Shown: positions 43,414-53,415 of the stretch, piece after piece
Layout of the letters: each line of letters starts with the position of its first letter
Position numbering within the stretch: position 1 is the stretch's first letter
Source: Clostridia bacterium
GTDB taxonomy: Bacteria; Bacillota; Clostridia; Christensenellales; DTU072
Assembly: GCA_017403145.1 (NCBI GenBank)
Contig: JAFQOO010000002.1
Location: 408-64,407 of the forward strand
Direction of reading: 5' to 3'
DNA length: 64,000 bases
The notes under the pieces: model-generated
What the model was told of the DNA's origin: nothing
What the model saw: the letters and a program-made list of their open reading frames with translations, nothing else
Databases searched by the model: none
Program-made: the position numbers and the translations under genes

Positions 43414-45309
43414 ATGCCGGGACCTCAACCTAAAAAAATAGAAAAACCAAAAAATCCTATAAAGACCTTCAAAAAGATTTTTAGTTTTGTTGGTAAATAT
43501 AAATTGCAACTTATAATAGTTGTGTTAGCAACTATTGGCTCGGTTGGCGCAAACCTTGCCGGAACCTATATGCTACAAGGTGCGCTTTCTATTATAGAAA
43601 CGCATAATCCCGCTACTACCAATTTGGATGAAACTCTTCTTAAACTTGGTACGCAAGTAGGAATTATAATCGCTGTATATCTAGCGGGTATACTATGCGC
43701 GGTCGTTAGCAGTAGACTAGTCCTAAATATCCAAACGGGAACTTTACGTGCTTTCCGTGAAGCAATGTTCGAAAAGATGGAAAGATTACCCATCAAGTAT
43801 TTCGATACTCGTACCAATGGCGAAATTATGGCGCGTTATACTACCGATACCGATGCTATACGCGAAATGATATCAAATGGCATACCTTCTATTATTAACT
43901 CTAGCTTGACGATAGTAGGCGCGTTTACCGTTATGTTGATATTTAGTCCTTTGCTCACGTTGTTCGTTATAGGAATGCTTATAGTAATGCTTATTTCCGT
44001 TACAATCGTAGGTGGCAAAGGTTCAAAGTATTTTATCAAGCAACAATCTTCTCTTGCAAACGTTAACGGATATATCGAAGAGTATATTAGCGGACAAAAG
44101 GTAGTACAAGTTTTCTGTCGTGAAGAAAAGGTAAAAGAGGGCTTTAACGAGATAAACGAGGACCTATGTAAAACTGCTACAAGCGCACAATCCTTTGCGC
44201 ATATTCTTATGCCTATAATGGGTAATTTGAGTTATATCAATTACGTTGTAACGGCAATTGTTGGTGCAATACTAGTAGCAAATGGAAAGATGAACGGTGT
44301 AGCAACCCTTATTCCTTTCTTAAATCTATCTAGACAATTTAGTATGCCTTTAACCCAAATATCACAACAATTTAACGGTATACTTAGCGCTCTAGCAGGT
44401 GCGGAAAGAATATTTGCTCTAATGGAAGAAACTCCCGAAATCGACGAAGGATACGTTACTTTGGTAAATGCCCATATCGACGAAAATGGCGTTATAACCG
44501 AGTGTGAAGAGAGAACGGGTAAATGGGCTTGGAAGCACTTCCATAAAGCCGATGGCACAACTACCTACGTAGAACTAAGAGGTGCGGTAGAATTCGAAAA
44601 CGTAACCTTTGGATACGAAGAAAATAAGACCGTTCTTAAGAACGTATCATTGTATGCAAAGCCCGGTCAAAAGATAGCACTTGTAGGTTCAACGGGCGCT
44701 GGTAAAACTACCATTACCAATCTTATAAATCGTTTCTACGACGTACCGGATGGCAAGATTAGATACGATGGCATCAACATCAATAAAATCAAGAAAGACG
44801 ACCTTCGTCGCTCGCTTGCAATGGTACTACAAGATACCCACCTATTTACCGGAACGGTACGCGAAAATATTCGTTATGGTAACCTAAACGCTACAGATGA
44901 ACAAATAGAATCCGCGGCAAAGCTAGCCAATGCACATCACTTTATCACGCTAATGCCGGAGGGATACGATACCATCATAAACGCCGATGGTTCTAACCTT
45001 TCACAAGGTCAACGTCAGTTACTTGCAATAGCTCGTGCAGCGGTTGCCGACCCGCCCGTGCTTATTCTTGACGAAGCGACGAGTTCAATTGATACTAGAA
45101 CCGAAGCGCTCATAGAACAAGGTATGGATAAACTAATGGAGGGCAGAACGGTATTTGTAATTGCACATAGATTGTCTACCGTTAGAAATGCCAATGCTAT
45201 TATGGTTATAGAGCAAGGTGAAATTATCGAGCGCGGAAATCACGACCAACTAATCGAAAAGAAAGGCAGATATTATCAACTATATAACGGTACCTTTGAA
45301 CTAACCTAA
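43414..45309 (+). CDS. ABC exporter, fused permease/ATPase (heterodimer partner 2)
   Basis: The ATG at 43414 has RBS aaaggggg. Contains GSTGAGKTT, LSQGQRQL and LILDEATS. Confidence 0.9.
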   Translation: MPGPQPKKIEKPKNPIKTFKKIFSFVGKYKLQLIIVVLATIGSVGANLAGTYMLQGALSIIETHNPATTNLDETLLKLGTQVGIIIAVYLAGILCAVVSSRLVLNIQTGTLRAFREAMFEKMERLPIKYFDTRTNGEIMARYTTDTDAIREMISNGIPSIINSSLTIVGAFTVMLIFSPLLTLFVIGMLIVMLISVTIVGGKGSKYFIKQQSSLANVNGYIEEYISGQKVVQVFCREEKVKEGFNEINEDLCKTATSAQSFAHILMPIMGNLSYINYVVTAIVGAILVANGKMNGVATLIPFLNLSRQFSMPLTQISQQFNGILSALAGAERIFALMEETPEIDEGYVTLVNAHIDENGVITECEERTGKWAWKHFHKADGTTTYVELRGAVEFENVTFGYEENKTVLKNVSLYAKPGQKIALVGSTGAGKTTITNLINRFYDVPDGKIRYDGININKIKKDDLRRSLAMVLQDTHLFTGTVRENIRYGNLNATDEQIESAAKLANAHHFITLMPEGYDTIINADGSNLSQGQRQLLAIARAAVADPPVLILDEATSSIDTRTEALIEQGMDKLMEGRTVFVIAHRLSTVRNANAIMVIEQGEIIERGNHDQLIEKKGRYYQLYNGTFELT

Positions 45310-45333
45310 TACGAAAAATGAAGAATAAAAGTT

Positions 45334-45360
45334 AAACGCACTCAATGAGTGCGTTTTTTA
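45334..45360 (+). terminator. Rho-independent terminator
   Basis: Stem aaacgcactc/gagtgcgttt, then a T run. Confidence 0.9.
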
Positions 45361-45370
45361 TTGTCTAGTA

Positions 45371-45399
45371 TTGACGGTTTAGCATATATATGCTAAAAT
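45371..45399 (+). promoter_or_regulatory. Promoter carrying a perfect 20-bp palindrome
   Basis: TTGACG-N17-TAAAAT. The palindrome TTTAGCATATATATGCTAAA (45378..45397) spans the spacer and the -10. Confidence 0.6.
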
Positions 45400-45430
45400 T
45401 ATATTTAAGAGTTTTAAAGGAGAAACTAGG

Positions 45431-48082
45431 ATGAAAAAGAAATCAATTTTTATAGTATTTGCTATATGCACTCTCATAGCTGTGCTACTTACAGGGTGCA
45501 ATTTATTTGGCTCTAGCGATGATGGTGGAGAACAAGAATATAAGCTTATATTCGTTGGCACCTCTCTTCCTTCTATGACAATAAAGGAAGGAGTTATAAC
45601 TTTACCTACTCCTACTAGTGAGGGTTATGATTTTGGCGGTTGGTTCGTTGATAGTGCTTGCACTAAGCCATTTAATAATCAATATATTAACGAGCATCCA
45701 ATAACAGAAGATTTAAGATTGTATCCCAAATGGATAGCAAAAGGCAGTAACGACGTAACGATAAGTCTAGACGTAAATGGTGGTAACGAGCTAGTTGATG
45801 ATGAAATCGTAATCGTTAAAGGTATGAACGTTGCTCAACAATTACCCATTCCGACAAAGGGCGGATGCGCTTTCGTAGGCTGGTATGATGCGCTTGAAGA
45901 GGGTAATCAAATGACCGATGCAAGCGGTCAAATCGTTAACTATACGGGGGAAGACACTACTTTTTATGCAAGATGGGAAATTACTACGTATGATATTAAC
46001 GTTAGTTCTTTCGACGATAATATTGGAACGGTAAGTGGTGGCAAGCAAAATGCAGAGTATTTAGAAGAAATAACCGTAGTTGCAACTACCATTGACGACA
46101 ATTATGATTTCCTCGGTTGGTACGTTGATGGCGAGCTTGTTGCGGATACTTTAGAGTATGAATTTCTCGCAGAAGAAGATTTGGATTTGGTAGCCAAATG
46201 GATAGGTGAAGAAAGAGTTGTCAAGTTCTATCGTAACTATATGTTAGGGGACGATAGCTACGTTGAGTACGTTTTCAATTATGGAAGTTCAGTTACCTAT
46301 ACTCCATCTAGAAGAGCGGGTTACTCGTTTATCGGTTGGTACGATAATCCGGAGTGTGTTGGAGACCCCGTTTGCATCAATGGTAATTTTGATAAAATGA
46401 CCTATGCAAATAACACCATTCTATATGCAGGTTGGAGTGAAGGGCACGACCAACTAACTTTTGCTCAAATCGGTCATACCGATGCTGTTAAGGTTGTAGG
46501 TATAAAAGAGGGAGCGGGCGCTATTATTCATATTCCCACCGTTTGGAGTGGCTTCAACGTAACTACCATAGGTGCAGGCGTATTTGAAAATAGTAACAAA
46601 AACGCAATTGTTATTTCATCAAGCATAACTACTATAGAAGAAAATGCATTCAATGGTGCAACCGCAAATATGTATTTTGATAAAGGCGCTGACCTATCAT
46701 TATTGAACAACACCAACTTTACAAGCGCACAAAACATTTATACTCACTTGACGCTTGATGCCGATAACGCACTTGCCGATGGCGAGTACGTGGAAGCAAA
46801 TGGCATACTAGCCGATACCGTTATCAATAGTGTAGAGGAAGCTCGTTCTTTCTATTCTTACTGCTGGTTGTATACTTATACCGAACGCTTTACTCTCAAA
46901 ATTACCTCGGACGTTTATAGCGGTAATAACGAAGGCTTCGAAAATGCAATGTTAGGCGAGGGCGGAGTATTCAAGAACGTAAATCTAGAATTATCCCTAA
47001 AGAGCGAAACAGCATCCTCATACAGCTATTCTATTAACGAAATTGATAGAGAAATATCCTTTACTTTTAGTAAAAAGACGGGCAACGCCATTGCTTCCGA
47101 GCAAACCGAAGGTGGTAAAAAGCAAGTACAAAGTAAGGGGCTTATTGATATCAAAAACGTTGGAAACGCCCACGAATTTATTATCGATAGTATGCCCGAA
47201 TTCGTTGTATATAACTCCGAGCAATTGGTATACGCTGTAGAGCATGGTTATCAACCTATATTCGGTGTGAGCGGAACTACCGCTGAGGATTGTTATAATA
47301 AAGCACGCACTGCGCTAACCAATATTATTAACGACGAAATGACCGAAATCGAAAAGATAAAGGCAATTCACGACTATATTGCACTAACCGTAACCTACGA
47401 TAGTGAACTACTTTTGATAAGCACGCAAGAAGGAGTAGACCCGTCCGATATTAGCCATTATCGTGGTTTCTATATTGAGGGCGTATTTGAAGACGGAAAG
47501 GCAGTTTGTGATGGTATCACCAAAGCATTTATGCTAATGTGTCGTATAGAAGGTATCGAAGCAATTCGTGTTTCGGGTAAGAGTAGGTCTTGGAATACCG
47601 AACTTGAACAATACGTTGAAGTTGGGCACGCTTGGAACAAGGTACACGTGGACGGAAAATGGTATACCATCGATACAACTAACGACGATAGTATATTGAG
47701 TATTGGAGGCATCGATACCGATTACGAAGTTCTCAATCACCAATTTTTCATGGTAAGTGATGCAAGTATAGCAAGCTCTCACGTGGAAGATACCTATAAA
47801 GACATACCTGTTTCCGAGTATACGTATGATTATTACTCGAATACCACCTATGATGGTGAAAGGGATTTGGTTATTACTTCACAAGTCGAACTAGATACGA
47901 TAGTACTAACGTTAAAGGCACTTATAAATAGTAATGATAGTTTCTATACCATCGACGTCAAGGTACAGGGCGTAAATCCTGAATCATTGGATTTTGGAAA
48001 GGAATTGGGTGGATATTCTCTAATTCCTAGATATCAAATAAACAACGGAATATATTTAGTAAACTTTATAACGAAAGACTAA
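45431..48082 (+). CDS. Large surface lipoprotein: Listeria-Bacteroides (Flg_new) repeats, LRR_5 segment, transglutaminase-like core
   Basis: Lipobox LTGC. About four GWY/GWF repeats (e.g. GYDFGGWFVDSACTKPF). An LRR_5-like stretch follows, then the C-terminal core CDGITKAF...GHAWNKV...DTTND. Confidence 0.8.
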   Translation: MKKKSIFIVFAICTLIAVLLTGCNLFGSSDDGGEQEYKLIFVGTSLPSMTIKEGVITLPTPTSEGYDFGGWFVDSACTKPFNNQYINEHPITEDLRLYPKWIAKGSNDVTISLDVNGGNELVDDEIVIVKGMNVAQQLPIPTKGGCAFVGWYDALEEGNQMTDASGQIVNYTGEDTTFYARWEITTYDINVSSFDDNIGTVSGGKQNAEYLEEITVVATTIDDNYDFLGWYVDGELVADTLEYEFLAEEDLDLVAKWIGEERVVKFYRNYMLGDDSYVEYVFNYGSSVTYTPSRRAGYSFIGWYDNPECVGDPVCINGNFDKMTYANNTILYAGWSEGHDQLTFAQIGHTDAVKVVGIKEGAGAIIHIPTVWSGFNVTTIGAGVFENSNKNAIVISSSITTIEENAFNGATANMYFDKGADLSLLNNTNFTSAQNIYTHLTLDADNALADGEYVEANGILADTVINSVEEARSFYSYCWLYTYTERFTLKITSDVYSGNNEGFENAMLGEGGVFKNVNLELSLKSETASSYSYSINEIDREISFTFSKKTGNAIASEQTEGGKKQVQSKGLIDIKNVGNAHEFIIDSMPEFVVYNSEQLVYAVEHGYQPIFGVSGTTAEDCYNKARTALTNIINDEMTEIEKIKAIHDYIALTVTYDSELLLISTQEGVDPSDISHYRGFYIEGVFEDGKAVCDGITKAFMLMCRIEGIEAIRVSGKSRSWNTELEQYVEVGHAWNKVHVDGKWYTIDTTNDDSILSIGGIDTDYEVLNHQFFMVSDASIASSHVEDTYKDIPVSEYTYDYYSNTTYDGERDLVITSQVELDTIVLTLKALINSNDSFYTIDVKVQGVNPESLDFGKELGGYSLIPRYQINNGIYLVNFITKD

Positions 48083-48084
48083 CG

Positions 48085-49494
48085 ATGCAACCTAATCAAA
48101 CGATTGAACTTAATATTATAGATTTAGGAATGGAAGGAGAAGGTATAGGTAAATACGAAGGCTATACCTTCTTCGTTCCGTATGCGCTACCCGGCGAGGT
48201 GGTTAAAGCAAAGATAACCCACCTTAAAAAGGGTAAAAACGTTGGATACGCTACTTTAAAAGAAATAGTTGCTCCTTCAAATAATAGGGTTCAAACGCCT
48301 TGCAATCGCTTCGGTAGGTGTGGTGGATGCACTCTTATGCATTTAGACTATTCTAAACAACTAGAATATAAAAAGAAAAATCTACAGACCATATTGCGTA
48401 AGAATGCTGGTTACGTTGGCGAGATAAACGACGTCGTTCCATCGACGCCATTCGCTTATCGTAACAAAGCACAGCTACCTTTCGGTATGGTAAATGGTAA
48501 GGTTGCGGTAGGTTTTTATGGAAGCGGAACGCACAAAATAGTATCGTCTACAAAGTGCTTTTTGCACGGAGAATGGCTAGAACGTCTAATAAAAATCACA
48601 CTTGATTTTGCAAACGACGAAGGACTAACAGCCTATGACGAGAACACTAGGAAAGGACTGCTAAGACATATGGTGGCAAGATATCTTGGTGGTAAAATGG
48701 TGGTAACGTTAGTAATAAACGGTACTACGATTAAAGGGATAAATAGGTACGTGTCGGCGCTAGAGCAAGAATTTGAAGGTTGCGCTTTATACCTAAGCCC
48801 AAATACCAAAGATACCAACGTTATTATGGGTAATACTTTAATTCCTATTAAACCCACCCCGCAATCTGTGGAAATAATGGGAGTAAATATTGGAGTCAAC
48901 CCATTTTCATTTTTTCAAATCAACGACGAAATTAGGGAAAAATTATATAACTACGTAATAGATAAAGTTGCTCCCAGCAAGGACGTTATAGTAGTAGATG
49001 CTTATGCCGGAGTGGGCTTGCTTGGCGCTATAATGGCAAAACGCGGTGCAAACGTTTTCAATATAGAAATCGTTAAAGAAGCAGTTGTCGATGCTAATAA
49101 TCTGTACGAAAAGAACGGAATACAAGATAAAGCAATAAACGTTTGCGGTGATGCAAGTATTGAACTAAAAAAGCTAGTTGAGGATACTCAAAGTGGTAAA
49201 ACAAGTGCTCAAAATGTAAAATTTGCCGAACTGATTGCGAGCGGTAAAAAGGTAAAAATCGTTCTTGACCCGCCACGTAAAGGAATATCCAAAGAGGTAG
49301 CGGATACTCTTAACGAACTATCAAATAAGCTCGACTTTGAACTCATATACGTTTCTTGTAATCCCGCAACTTTGTCAAGAGATATTGCCAACCTATCGTC
49401 TTTTAGCGTGAGCGAAATTACACCCTTTGATATGTTCCCACATACCCCTCACGTAGAGACGGTTGTTTCTTTTGAAATAAAGGAGAGGTTATAA
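48085..49494 (+). CDS. rlmD: 23S rRNA (uracil-C5)-methyltransferase, RlmD/RumA family
   Basis: TRAM-like N-terminus, Fe-S Cys motif CNRFGRCGGCTLMH, and C-terminal DPPRKG and SCNPATL. Confidence 0.8.
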   Translation: MQPNQTIELNIIDLGMEGEGIGKYEGYTFFVPYALPGEVVKAKITHLKKGKNVGYATLKEIVAPSNNRVQTPCNRFGRCGGCTLMHLDYSKQLEYKKKNLQTILRKNAGYVGEINDVVPSTPFAYRNKAQLPFGMVNGKVAVGFYGSGTHKIVSSTKCFLHGEWLERLIKITLDFANDEGLTAYDENTRKGLLRHMVARYLGGKMVVTLVINGTTIKGINRYVSALEQEFEGCALYLSPNTKDTNVIMGNTLIPIKPTPQSVEIMGVNIGVNPFSFFQINDEIREKLYNYVIDKVAPSKDVIVVDAYAGVGLLGAIMAKRGANVFNIEIVKEAVVDANNLYEKNGIQDKAINVCGDASIELKKLVEDTQSGKTSAQNVKFAELIASGKKVKIVLDPPRKGISKEVADTLNELSNKLDFELIYVSCNPATLSRDIANLSSFSVSEITPFDMFPHTPHVETVVSFEIKERL

Positions 49495-49820
49495 TGTCAA
49501 TTACAATAAATATTTATTATACAGGTGAAAAGGGGCAAGCGCTTGCATTTGCTCGCGAAATGACTTCACTTGGAATAGTCGATGAAATACGGAAGGAAAA
49601 GGGCAATCTAAGGTATGAATATTTTATTCCTATGAATGATGAAAACACCGTATTGCTTATTGATAGCTGGGAAAGCCAAGAGGCAATAGACCTACACCAC
49701 GCATCCCCAATGATGGGGCAAATTATTATGCTACGCGAAAAATACGATTTACAGATGAAAGTTGAGCGTTTTATTGCGGATGAGCTTCCGCCTGCTGATA
49801 AAAAGTTTATTAAAGAATAG
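49494..49820 (+). CDS. Antibiotic biosynthesis monooxygenase (ABM) fold protein
   Basis: About 100 aa with the pattern YEYF..(N)..V.LIDSWESQEAIDLHH. Confidence 0.55.
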   Translation: MSITINIYYTGEKGQALAFAREMTSLGIVDEIRKEKGNLRYEYFIPMNDENTVLLIDSWESQEAIDLHHASPMMGQIIMLREKYDLQMKVERFIADELPPADKKFIKE

Positions 49821-49852
49821 CCGACGGACGTTTTAATTTAATAGGTGGCAGT

Positions 49853-50353
49853 ATGGAAATTTGGGATGGATATAATAAGGATGGCACTCTTGCCGGTGTA
49901 GATATAATAAGAGGGGAGCCTATACCCAAAGGATTGTGGCATTTAGTTTGTGAAGTTTTGGTTAGGCACGTTGATGGTGATTATCTACTTATGCAACGTG
50001 ATTTTAGCAAACCTAATTTCGGCGGTTTTTACGAAGCAACCGCAGGTGGCTCAGCGCTAAAGGGTGAAGATGCGTTGACTTGTGCTAAAAGGGAACTCCT
50101 AGAAGAAACGGGGATACAGGCTCTTTCACTGGTCGAAATAGGAAGATTTGTTTCGGCTAGAACAATTTATTATCATTTTTTATGCACGACCGATTGTGAT
50201 AAATCTTCAGTTCGACTTCAAGAGGGCGAAACAATATCGTATAAATGGGTGAGTGAAAGTGAGCTTATCGAATTTGTTAACTCGGTTAGCTTTATACCAT
50301 CGCAAAAGTCAAGATATGCCGACTATTTTACAAAAATCAAAGGGATAAAATAG
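49853..50353 (+). CDS. NUDIX hydrolase
   Basis: The Nudix box GGSALKGEDALTCAKRELLEETGI. Confidence 0.85.
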   Translation: MEIWDGYNKDGTLAGVDIIRGEPIPKGLWHLVCEVLVRHVDGDYLLMQRDFSKPNFGGFYEATAGGSALKGEDALTCAKRELLEETGIQALSLVEIGRFVSARTIYYHFLCTTDCDKSSVRLQEGETISYKWVSESELIEFVNSVSFIPSQKSRYADYFTKIKGIK

Positions 50354-50358
50354 CTATA

Positions 50359-51144
50359 ATGAAAAAGATACTTTTAGATAAAATACCAATAGACTTACCT
50401 AAAGAATTGGAACCATTCGTATTAGGAGCCAGCGTTTTTGATAGTTCTTGTCATTCACAAGCAAAGGTTTACTATATAGATAAGGATAATGGATACTATC
50501 TAAAAATTTCACCGAAGGGAACATTGGAAACAGAAAAGATGATGACGGAGTACTTTTATAAAAAGGGAATCGGCGCAGAAGTTCTCCACTATAGTTCTAA
50601 TGAAAAAGATTATATTCTAACTGCTAAAGTTGTAGGCGATGATTGTACAAGCGAAAAATATTTGGCGGAACCTAAAAAGTTAACCGATATTCTAGCTAGT
50701 GAGTTGCGTAGACTCCACGAGCTTGACTTTAGCGATTGCCCAATAAAAGATAAAATGCAAAAATATTTTGATACTGCCGAAGGTAATTTTCATTCGGGCA
50801 ATTACGATAAGTCGCATTTTCCGGACAGCTATGGTTATCGTTCAGCAAGGGAAGCTTATGCGGTTTTCCAAGAGGGTAAAAAGTATTTAAATAACGACGT
50901 ACTATTGCACGGTGATTATTGTCTACCTAACGTAATGTTAAACGATTGGAAATTGTCGGGCTTTATTGACGTCGGCAGTGGTGGGGTAGGAGACCGGCAC
51001 GTCGACGTATTTTGGGCATTATGGTCCTTGGGGTTTAACTTAAAAACGGATAGGTATCGTCAACGCTTTATAGATGTATACGGAAGGGATTTGATAGACG
51101 AGCAATTGTTAAAGATAGTTTCTGCTATAGAAGTATTTGGATAA
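50359..51144 (+). CDS. Aminoglycoside 3'-phosphotransferase (APH(3')) family kinase
   Basis: LLHGDYCLPNVMLNDWKLSGFIDVGSGGVGDRHVD parallels the HGDLGDSN...GFIDLGRSGRADKWYD block of APH(3')-III. Length is 261 aa. Confidence 0.75.
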   Translation: MKKILLDKIPIDLPKELEPFVLGASVFDSSCHSQAKVYYIDKDNGYYLKISPKGTLETEKMMTEYFYKKGIGAEVLHYSSNEKDYILTAKVVGDDCTSEKYLAEPKKLTDILASELRRLHELDFSDCPIKDKMQKYFDTAEGNFHSGNYDKSHFPDSYGYRSAREAYAVFQEGKKYLNNDVLLHGDYCLPNVMLNDWKLSGFIDVGSGGVGDRHVDVFWALWSLGFNLKTDRYRQRFIDVYGRDLIDEQLLKIVSAIEVFG

Positions 51145-51201
51145 CTATAAAAATTTAAGCACTAGAGATAGGGAATAATTGTAACCAAGAAAGAGGATAA
51201 T

Positions 51202-51678
51202 ATGAGTAAAAAACAAGATAAAACCAACGTAATGCGAATACTAGAGCAAAAAAAGGTAGAGTATAATTCTTACTTTTATGAAACCGACGTTGCTGTAAGT
51301 GGAACTGTGGTTGCTAGTATGATAAATAAAGATGCAAGCTGTGTTTTTAAAACGTTGGTAACGCAAGGCGCTTCAAGGCAGTACTACGTTTTCGTAGTTC
51401 CAGTCGAAATGGAGCTGGACCTCAAAAAGGGAGCTAAAGCTGTCGGCGAAAAAAGTATTGCAATGATAAAAGCGAAGGAACTTTTACCTCTGACGGGTTA
51501 CGTACACGGTGGTTGTTCGCCTATTGGAATGAAGAAGTTTTTTACTACCACGATAGATGAATCAGCTAAAAATTGCGATAAAATAATTTTTAGTGCAGGT
51601 AAAATAGGTTATCAAGTAGAAATGGCACTTTCGGAGCTGGAAAAAGTAATCAAGTTTACGCTTAAAGATATCGTATAA
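51202..51678 (+). CDS. ybaK: Cys-tRNA(Pro)/Cys-tRNA(Cys) deacylase
   Basis: Full-length similarity to the E. coli YbaK pattern (FKTLV, DLKK.AKA.G.K, GGCSPIG). Confidence 0.85.
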   Translation: MSKKQDKTNVMRILEQKKVEYNSYFYETDVAVSGTVVASMINKDASCVFKTLVTQGASRQYYVFVVPVEMELDLKKGAKAVGEKSIAMIKAKELLPLTGYVHGGCSPIGMKKFFTTTIDESAKNCDKIIFSAGKIGYQVEMALSELEKVIKFTLKDIV

Positions 51679-51779
51679 AAAAATTTTCAACAAAGAAAAG
51701 AATACTCACCCAAATTCTTAACTATTTTTTAATTATAATATTCTATATTGTAAATAATAAAAAGATATGGAGTGAGGCA

Positions 51780-52454
51780 ATGTTTTTAGAAGCTAAGAAT
51801 ATTAAGAATCAAAAAGTAAAAGAACTTGTTTTAATTATATATTCTTTTATAATTGTGCCAATAGTAAGCATTATAGTTATTTCTAGCGGTAAAGAGTCGG
51901 CTTTATACAATTCACTTTCGCGAATTGCTTGGCCAGAAAACCTACTATGGTTAGTTTTATTATGGGGCGCAATAGAATTTGGTTGTTTCTATTTCGCTCT
52001 TAATATGACGTTAGAGAGAGCTCAATACGTTAAAAAATGGCAATATGTTTTCTATATAATGACAACAATAAGTTGTGTTCTTTTGATTGTGGGAATAAGT
52101 ATTCCCGCCTATAACGAACCCGATTTATACGTGCAAACGCTAAGGTCCATTCACACCGGTTTTGCGACGGTTGGGATTGCAGGCTTTTTGTTTGTTTTGA
52201 TAACAATAACAATAACGTTGTTTAAAAGAAACTTGCGTCAATTTTATATATCCTTGGGCATGGTATGCTTTATAATTATTTCGGGAGTATTTGCTTTGGT
52301 TGAGGTGAGCGACCCCTCCAGCTATTGCCACGTGTCGGCACCGGCGCAAATTTATATTTTCTCAATGTATAATATAGCTATGACGTTAAATTATTTTACT
52401 ATGAGCATTCCTGATATTCATAGGGAAAAAGCTTCAAACCAGAAAACGTGCTAG
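51780..52454 (+). CDS. Integral membrane protein, unknown function
   Basis: About 6 TM helices. RBS ggagtgagg. Confidence 0.6.
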   Translation: MFLEAKNIKNQKVKELVLIIYSFIIVPIVSIIVISSGKESALYNSLSRIAWPENLLWLVLLWGAIEFGCFYFALNMTLERAQYVKKWQYVFYIMTTISCVLLIVGISIPAYNEPDLYVQTLRSIHTGFATVGIAGFLFVLITITITLFKRNLRQFYISLGMVCFIIISGVFALVEVSDPSSYCHVSAPAQIYIFSMYNIAMTLNYFTMSIPDIHREKASNQKTC

Positions 52455-52537
52455 GATGGTAATAGGCGCTGTTGTCACGTGCAAATAAGATAATATGAGA
52501 ATATAAACATATAAGAATAGTTATGGGAGTAATCCGT

Positions 52538-52566
52538 TTGATTATAATATTTTAATATGTTATAAT
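52538..52566 (+). promoter_or_regulatory. Promoter in leaderless configuration
   Basis: TTGATT-N17-TATAAT, then 6 nt to the ATG at 52573. No SD. Confidence 0.6.
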
Positions 52567-52572
52567 CGCAAT

Positions 52573-53310
52573 ATGGCTAAAGAATTTAAAAAACTTAATA
52601 GAGGGGGAGAACTGTGTTGGGTACTTGGCATATTGTTTATTTCCCTCGGAGTAGCGATTTGTAAAAAGGCAGACTTGGGCGTTAGTATGATAGCAGCACC
52701 TGCCTTTATTATTTACGATGCAATTAACGAGTTAGTACCATTTTTCAGCGTTGGTGTGGTCGAGTACATAGTTCAAGCTTTTTTTGTTATAGTTTTATGT
52801 ATCGTTGTTGGCAAGGTTAAGGTAAGCTACCTGCTTGCAATAGTCGTAGGCGTAATTTACGGATACGTTCTAGATATGTGGCTACTAGTTTTGGGCTCCG
52901 AACCATTCCAAACAGTATGGCTTCGCTACGTTATGTTGGTGGTAGGGGATGTATGTACCGCTATAGGCGTTGCTTGTTTCTTTAGAACCTATCTACCTAT
53001 ACAATCTTACGACATTTTCGTTAAAGACGTTGCTATTCGCTATAAGACTAACATCAATATTGTTAAGCTTATATACGATTTTAGCTTGCTTTCGATTTCT
53101 TTGATTTTGGCATTCACATTGTTTGGGGACGTCAAGACTTTTAATTGGTCGGGAATTTATAAAACGAGTTTCCATAGTTTAGGTTTAGGAACCCTAATAA
53201 CCACTTTTATAAACTCACCTTTAATAGCCATATCTGGTAAAATAGTTGATAAATTGTTTGGTGGTGAACCTCTAATTCCCAAGTTAAAGGATTTTTTAGA
53301 TAAGCATTAG
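52573..53310 (+). CDS. YczE/YyaS-like (DUF6198) membrane protein
   Basis: Polytopic, with an N-terminal pattern LGILFISLGVAICKKADLGVS. Confidence 0.5.
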   Translation: MAKEFKKLNRGGELCWVLGILFISLGVAICKKADLGVSMIAAPAFIIYDAINELVPFFSVGVVEYIVQAFFVIVLCIVVGKVKVSYLLAIVVGVIYGYVLDMWLLVLGSEPFQTVWLRYVMLVVGDVCTAIGVACFFRTYLPIQSYDIFVKDVAIRYKTNINIVKLIYDFSLLSISLILAFTLFGDVKTFNWSGIYKTSFHSLGLGTLITTFINSPLIAISGKIVDKLFGGEPLIPKLKDFLDKH

Positions 53311-53415
53311 CAGACTAGACAAAACTAGCTAAGTTAAACGAATAATTTGGTACTTGAAAATATATTTATCATATGATAAAATAGGAATACGTAATACGTA
53401 GGAAGGAGAGAGATT

